From: Schmidtea polychroa
Lineage: Eukaryota
Length of the DNA stretch: 64,000 nucleotides
Assembly: GCA_044892525.1 (NCBI GenBank)
Contig: CM097885.1
Location: forward strand, 11,534,001 to 11,598,000
Direction: 5' to 3'
The notes beneath the pieces were generated by a model. It did not search any database and was not told the origin of the DNA. It saw nothing but the letters and a program-made list of their open reading frames with translations. The number at the start of each line of letters is the position of its first letter. Position 1 is the first letter of the stretch. Shown piece after piece: positions 57,255 to 64,000 of the stretch. Position numbers and translations under genes: made by a program.

Positions 57255-60200
57255 CAGCGGTGTCCAACAGAAATTTGATTGTAGCCCCAATCGTCAATTT
57301 AGAAATTTTCATTCGCCACATTAAAATAAATTTAAAACAAAATGTTTTATAATAGTTTTTTATTTTAATCAATTTTAGGAATTACAAAGTTTTTTTAATA
57401 ACATTAAACACAAATACAAAAATTATTTAATGTGATGCTTGGCAATTTTTTTCTTGCACAATACCCTTGAAATCTGGTGTAAACCTCACGCTAACTGCAC
57501 ATTTTAATTCTGCCTCCAAATTTTCATCACTAATATTGGATTGGTATTTTGATTTTATGAAAGTTACAGCTGAAAAAGTAGATTCGCAAACCCAAGTTGT
57601 TCCAAACATACTCAATAGCTGAGTTGAGAACCACAAACTCATTTGACTTTAAGAGGCGTGTCTACATCATTAAAATAGATTCATCGTTTCTAGAATAATT
57701 GATCTGACTTTGAAGTAAAAGCATATCTGCTTCAAAATCACGTCGGTCCAAACTTAGCAAATTCGCGATATCTTTAGACAACTCAGAATTGGTGATGTCA
57801 AAATGGAAAGGATCTTGCATCAGTTGAAAAGCAGGTCTAAATTTCTCAACATCAATAAAACGTTCTTCAAATTTTTCTTGTAGTTTCTGTAACCATCCGA
57901 CATAACGCTGTATATTAAAATTGGTATCTTCTTTATATTTTTCCATATTATCGAAATGCGTGAAATCATAATCTTTTAACTGTGTCACAAAAAGTTTTAA
58001 TTTAGAGACAAATTCTCGTATATACTGTGCCAAATCACATATTAGCTTTCCTTTTCCTTGAAGTTTTAAATTTAATTCATTAATATGTAACGTTATATCA
58101 GTGAGAAAAATTAAATCGCATTGCCATTCCTTATTTTCTATTTCAGAAAAATTGATAAGCATTTCTTTTTCTTGAAGGAAATTTCGGATGGGATTTAATA
58201 ATGATACAAATCGTTCCAAAACTTTACCACGACTTAACCACCGAACATTTGTAAAAAATAGCAGATCTTTAAATTCAGTGCCCTCAATTTCCTTTAAAAG
58301 CTCCAGAAACTGACGATGGTTTGTAGCACTACTACGAATATAATTAACAACTTTAACAACTAAATCCATCATATTTTTCAAAATGTCTGTTCCAGATAAT
58401 TGAGTACATATATTTTCCACATGTATCATGCAGTGGAAAGAAGCGACCAAGCATACGTGTGTTTGTTGTTTCAAAATACCGAAAAATCCAGATTTTTGTC
58501 CAAGCATCGCTGGAGCACCATCTGTTGTGACAGAAACTAATTTCGTCATATCTAATCGAAAGTCTTCAACGACACTTTTGAAAATTTCAAAAATATCTAC
58601 GCCTCTAGTACGGTCTTTCATTCCACGGATTGTCAACATTTCTTCATATATTTCCAAGTCTTTTGAAACCAGGCGTATCCAAAAAATTAACTGAGCAGTG
58701 TCTCGGATGTCACATGACTCGTCTAATGCTAAAGAAAAACATATACAACTTTTCAAATGTTTGAGCAATTGCTTATTGATGTTTTTCATCAAGTCTTGCA
58801 TTCTACGAGCAATAGTTTGGTGACTCAATTGCATGTTTTCTATTTTTTGCATTATATCTTTCTTCAAAGGTTCTTCATAATTTTCAAGTAAAATTTCCAT
58901 AATAGACAGGACAATCTCTGTGATTAGTTCTCAATCCGAAAAAGGTTTTCTTTTTTGAGCTAAAATCCAAGCCGTTTTGTAGCTAGCCAAATTAATAAGT
59001 TCGGATGTAGTTAAAAACCGTTTAAAAAAAGATTGCTGTCCTTCTAATTTTGACTTTAAGCGAGTTATTTCATTCGTTCTAACTTGCTTGCCGACAGGAA
59101 ACTTACAATCAAATTCCCTATGCATTTGTTGATAATGCTTTTTTATGCTGTCCACTTTATTGTCATTAAAAGCTTTGTTACACAATATACATACAGTTTT
59201 TTGGTTTTGTTCCATTACAGCAAATTCTAGTTCCCATTTACCATTAAATTTGCGGCAAACCTTTTTCCAATCTCTTTTATTGGGTTCTAATTGAGTTGAA
59301 CCAGTTGCTTCTTCTTGCCTAGCTGAACTATCAGTATCGGAATGTCGTTTGAAATATTTATCCATTTTTTACGGTGAAATAATTTTAATATAATTTCAAA
59401 AGAATAATATTAAATATTTAAAGTCGCACGTTAGTTGTTTATTTAACAAAAACAAACATGAGACTAATACATGGGATTCATACAACGGGAAAACAAACCA
59501 AAAAAACGCCTACTTTGATGAAAATGTCATTTGTTTTTAAATTTTAAAAAAGCGTTTTCACAAATAGATAAAGTGTAATCACAAATAGATAAGAAGCACA
59601 TTTTGGCATAAAAATTTTTTTTTGTTTTCTTCTGTTTACTACTTGTAACAAAATTATAATAAATTAGGAATTAACTTAAACAATAATAAATATGAATGAG
59701 AGTGCAGATACTTAAAACATCCTACTGTCTCACTATGTGTACGTACGTAATGTTAGTTGGAACATAGTGCATTGGTTGGAAAAAGCAGTCTATATATAAA
59801 TTTACAGAAAAGTACTGCTGTCTACATCTATTACATTCATAACGCTAACATAGTGTTTTTCGGTATACGACAGGTATACGGTTACTGACTGAGTTGCTAC
59901 ATAGTATAATGAGAGGAAAGAGGTAGATTAATATATTTTTTGTAGAATGTAGAGCTATTTCCTTTTTTTCATTGTAACCCAATTGTAAACAACAGCAATG
60001 CAGGTAAATAACAATAATAATCATTTAAATTACTTTAGTTTATTTGAAAACACCTAAATTAATTAAAAACGAAATTTTAGTTCTTAATAAACAATCACAT
60101 GACACTATGTGTACGTAAATTTGACACACCGGGATCTGCCATGAGCATTTCTTAGCATGTAAGATTACAAAATAAAAATTTGTCGTTGTTTATGTTTTGG

Positions 60201-60325
60201 TTACAACTTTGTATTATGGATAGAATTGAAGTATTAAATAAAACATTAAAAAAATGCTACATTCGCCACAAGCACATAGCCCACTCGCCACATGTGGCGA
60301 GTGGCGACTGTGTTGGACATCACTG
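57255..60325 (-). mobile_element. Full-length hAT (Buster/SPIN/GTF2IRD2-like) transposon
   Basis: TIRs CAGCGGTGTCCAAC / GTTGGACATCACTG; perfect 8 bp TSD ATCTAAAC at 57247-57254 and 60326-60333. Confidence 0.96.
57427..59365 (-). pseudogene. hAT transposase with stops at 58931 and 57662 and a frameshift near 57625
   Basis: FSLALDESCD, TTDGAPAM, HCMIH, RWLSRGKVLERF, FGTTWVCESTFS. Confidence 0.93.
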
Positions 60326-60351
60326 ATCTAAACATTTAAATATATTTTGCA

Positions 60352-60449
<98 letters not shown>

Positions 60450-60799
60450 CATCATCATCATCATTATAATGTTATTGTTATTTTATTCTCACACTTTTTA
60501 TCTCTTAATCAATTAGTTAAATAAATAATAACAATAATAACAATAGTTAGAAAAGTGCACTGCAAAAAATTAGTTTGGTTTAAACTAGGAAAGTTTACAT
60601 TTAATAGATAAATTAACGATATTTATTGAAATAAGTTCTGTACAAAGTAAATGTCAAAAGAGATTATAAGTTATTAAAAGTATTAATTAAAACAAATTGC
60701 CTAAATATTAACAAAGCGAAACGAACAATTTAACCAAAGTATGTCTTATCCTAGAAGCAATTAGAAAAAATTGATACAAAATAAAAACACATTTATTAT

Positions 60800-61500
60800 T
60801 ACTTTGTAAAGGCATAATTAATAAATACGGATAAACAGTTATCATCAGGGTAATTGCTTCGTTCTTTTTGTTTTACTACATGAATAGGGGCAGGTTTAAT
60901 CATTTGAGGTAATTCTTTTGAGGAAGTTTCCCTGTGCAAAAATACATTAGTCAAAACAGAAACGAATTTGCCTAACTCTGAAAAATTATATTTGTTAAAA
61001 GACAATTAGAAAAAGAATAAAAGTCTTTAATTTCTAAATTAAAGAAAAGCGATGAATGAAATCACATTTGAAGTGTGGCTCAATATAGCTGCAAGCATCA
61101 TTGACAAAATGATATGAAAGGCTTTGCTGAGTCGCCTTTGACTCGCACTTGAATGGGACTAAATGTATATTTTAGTTTCATTAGCGATTTATTTTCTTTA
61201 TAATAAAAGGAATGTCAATTCTTTCTAATTTACTGATGCAATTATTTGATAAAAATTATTCATTCTAAATGGCTTTACATTTACTTTTCTCGCTGGTTTG
61301 GGTTTTAATTTTAATAAGAAATTAATTATGGGAAAATTGTTATGAACTCTTTTGGAATATAAGGTTTTCAGTTTCTTTTTATTAAAGAAAATAAACCATT
61401 TAAATTTAAGTTTCATAAATCAGAGAATGAATGTAATAGATTAGTATAGAAGAAAAAATGGTGTATGTGATAACTAAGGCTACACCAAAGTTGCATACAT
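60800..61500 (-). pseudogene. Possible heavily decayed rhodopsin-class GPCR fragment (TM5-TM7)
   Basis: Broken frames give VALVITYTIFLLY, KAFHIILSMMLAAILSH, S*ANSFLF*LMYFCT...KEL. Confidence 0.3.
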
Positions 61501-61760
61501 TTTTAATTAAAAGTTGCAAAAGATATTATCATTAATAATTATTGTAATGTAGTGTTAATAGGACTATAAAGGATAATTCTCTATAGTTAATTATTAGTAT
61601 AGAGAATTAGAAAAATTAAAAAATAATTGAAAATTAAAAATTAAAAATAATAAAATCGAAAATTAGTAAAAAAGATAACAAGATTTATTTTAAAGAAAAA
61701 GTTGCAGGTATAAATGTTTAAGACTAATTTTAATTTAACTTATATTTAGCACGTTAGCAA

Positions 61761-62027
61761 GTTTTTCGACTTTTTTTTTATTAAATCTATAAAATTGCAT
61801 ACATGTTAATATAAAATTGCATACATGTTATTATCAAATTGCATACATGTTAATATCCAATTGCATACATGTTAATATCAAATTGCATACATGTTAATAT
61901 CCAATTGCATACATGTTAATATCCAATTGCATACATGTTAATATCCAATTGCATACATGTTAATATCAAATTGCATACATGTTAATATCAAATTGCATAC
62001 ATGTTAATATCAAATTGCATAACCCTG
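61761..62027 (+). mobile_element. Solo right end of the Tc1/IS630 element with ten tandem 22 bp repeats
   Basis: AATTGCATACATGTTAATATC(A/C) x10 from 61793, ending CATAACCCTG-TA, the inverse of the end at 32506. Confidence 0.9.
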
Positions 62028-64000
62028 TAATAAATACAATATTAATAATATTTTTATTATTTTGACAATAATCTATAAATCAACTATAAAAGTTTTTTTT
62101 GTTAAATTTATTTTATTTTAGATGATTTGGAGGCATATTTCTGATAAAAATAGAATAACGATTATATAAGCTAAAAAGCAGTCCCGTAATTTTGTGTTCA
62201 ATAAAATATAAAATATAGGTAAAACATAGATTAACTCATTTTTTATCGTGAGCCATATTTGAGGATCACTTCATTATATTTAGCTAGCAACAATACTTTG
62301 ACAGAATTGTTATCAAACGTGTTTTTATTAATTTTCATTCATTTTGTGAATATTTATTGTCGAAGTTAAATTTCGTGAAAAATGGATTAATGCAAATGAC
62401 ATCGCAACTGATAAAAAAAAAGAAAAATAGATTTTCGAAATATCCTCTATTAAAGAGGAATCTGAAAATATTAGCTTATAATTTTATATGATGGAATAGG
62501 AATATTTTTATGTTTATCACAAATCTCAAGTCCCAATAGAAAATATCTCAACATAAGATTTATATTTTCAAAACATAATTGCCCCTTTTTTCACAGATCT
62601 CGGATTTTATTTAGCATTTCATTTTTCATACTACTCAGATTTAGTAGCTGGAATCATACAAACATGTTTAAATTTATCATAATTAATTAATTAAGTAAAT
62701 TATTTAGAAAAGCGGTTTCCAACCTTTCTTGGGCGATTATCATTTAATTCCAGTTGCCAAGTGCCAGTGAATCCAAGATAAATTAACTCGGATTGCTCCT
62801 CTTTCATTACATTTTTGCAGCTAACAATTATGTATTTGACTTCTAAAATATTTGATAATTTATAGGCACCATGTTTATTCTTTGCAAATTTCATATAATT
62901 GAATCTATAATTTGTACTGCTCGCATTTCATTTGCACGTGAATTATACTAATGCTGGCGTACCGCTAATAAAAATAATTCTGTAGAACAATTAGGCAAGT
63001 TTAAAAATGTAAAAATAAGATATTTGGTGTGGGGAGAAAAAATAGGATGGCAGTAAAAGTGTTAGAGCACAAATAAACCATCCATATAATCATAAGATTC
63101 CTCATTATTTTCTAGGCTGTTCTTTTTTATATGGCAACGCATTAAAATAAACAGTAAAATATTTGATAATATTTTCCCCGCTAAAATTTCTGTCATTTAC
63201 TGGAAGATTTTTTTAACATGGAAAAACTTCTTTCAACTGTAATTGAAGTAGGTCAGCGACCTTTAATCATTCTGTAGAAATATGATAGCTTTGATGTCAT
63301 TTTAATCCAAACAAAAATGAATATTTAGAATCGGCTCTACCGGATCTTCTCGTATTTTAATTTTATTAATTTCATAATGATTCGGATTTTATTGTCAATT
63401 CTGTATATTCAAACAAATCAAAAATATCGAGAAAAAAGGAATATGAAGCTTTTGTTTTATCGAAGCATTATTTAAAGCCTCTTATGCTCTTTCTTATAAA
63501 ATTCCTTCTTATTTTATATAATTAAATATTTTCATTATTTCTGGAAGATTATCAGAGTAATATATCGCTGCTTTTAATAAAACAAGAAAAGATTCCAAAT
63601 TTAAAAAGTTGTGAAGAGTTGCGTTGCGTTGCCCTAGTGATAACGCATCCATGCCAAGGGTAATAATGTTTGAATATTTTTATTACTATATATATTGATG
63701 AGTTTTATCTAACACTTTCAACACTTTTATACCTGTTAATCAACATGTTATTTTTAAATATTATAAAGGAATACTAAGGGATTTAAAATTCATATGAAAG
63801 TGTACAGATAAAATAGGGAGGACTTATACCAAAATTTAAAAAATATATTAGCATCTCAAGACCATTATAAAATCAAAAGGTTGGATTGAAGGTTAAACTT
63901 AATTTTTTACTGTCCCTTCAAAACAATAAATGGCGAAGTTTAAAGGATTTAATATTTAAATTATGTTTATTTGTGATATCATAACCAAAAATATGTTTAA

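Noticed and set aside
61793..62027. CRISPR-like array
   Set aside because: Repeats are head-to-tail with no spacers, end in a Tc1 TIR, and the context is eukaryotic

Overview
AT-rich animal genomic DNA with short introns and (AAT)n microsatellites; a flatworm such as a planarian is plausible but this is inference. Bases 1-36.6 kb hold the 5' part of a minus-strand, multi-exon hemicentin gene (signal peptide, vWA, hemicentin motif, many Ig domains; the 3' end lies outside the window). Its introns contain MITEs, decayed pogo/Tc1/Penelope elements with hammerhead motifs, an HSP90 gene fragment and an antisense copy of one of its own exons. Upstream, 42463-57131 is a nearly complete ~14.7 kb Polinton/Maverick (adintovirus-like) endogenous virus encoding MCP, a PLA2-integrase fusion, ATPase, a pX-like core protein, protease, penton, a fibre-like protein and pPolB, with several inactivating lesions. 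It is inserted into a Buster-type hAT transposon, and a second inverted full-length hAT copy lies next to it. The most notable observation is four tRNA-like RNA polymerase III cassettes (A box, B box, T-run) inside the Polinton, possibly analogous to adenovirus VA RNAs. Its TIRs also carry an inverted duplicate of the terminal motif and several hairpins. All calls are by eye from motifs; no database search was run and exon boundaries may be off by a few bases.
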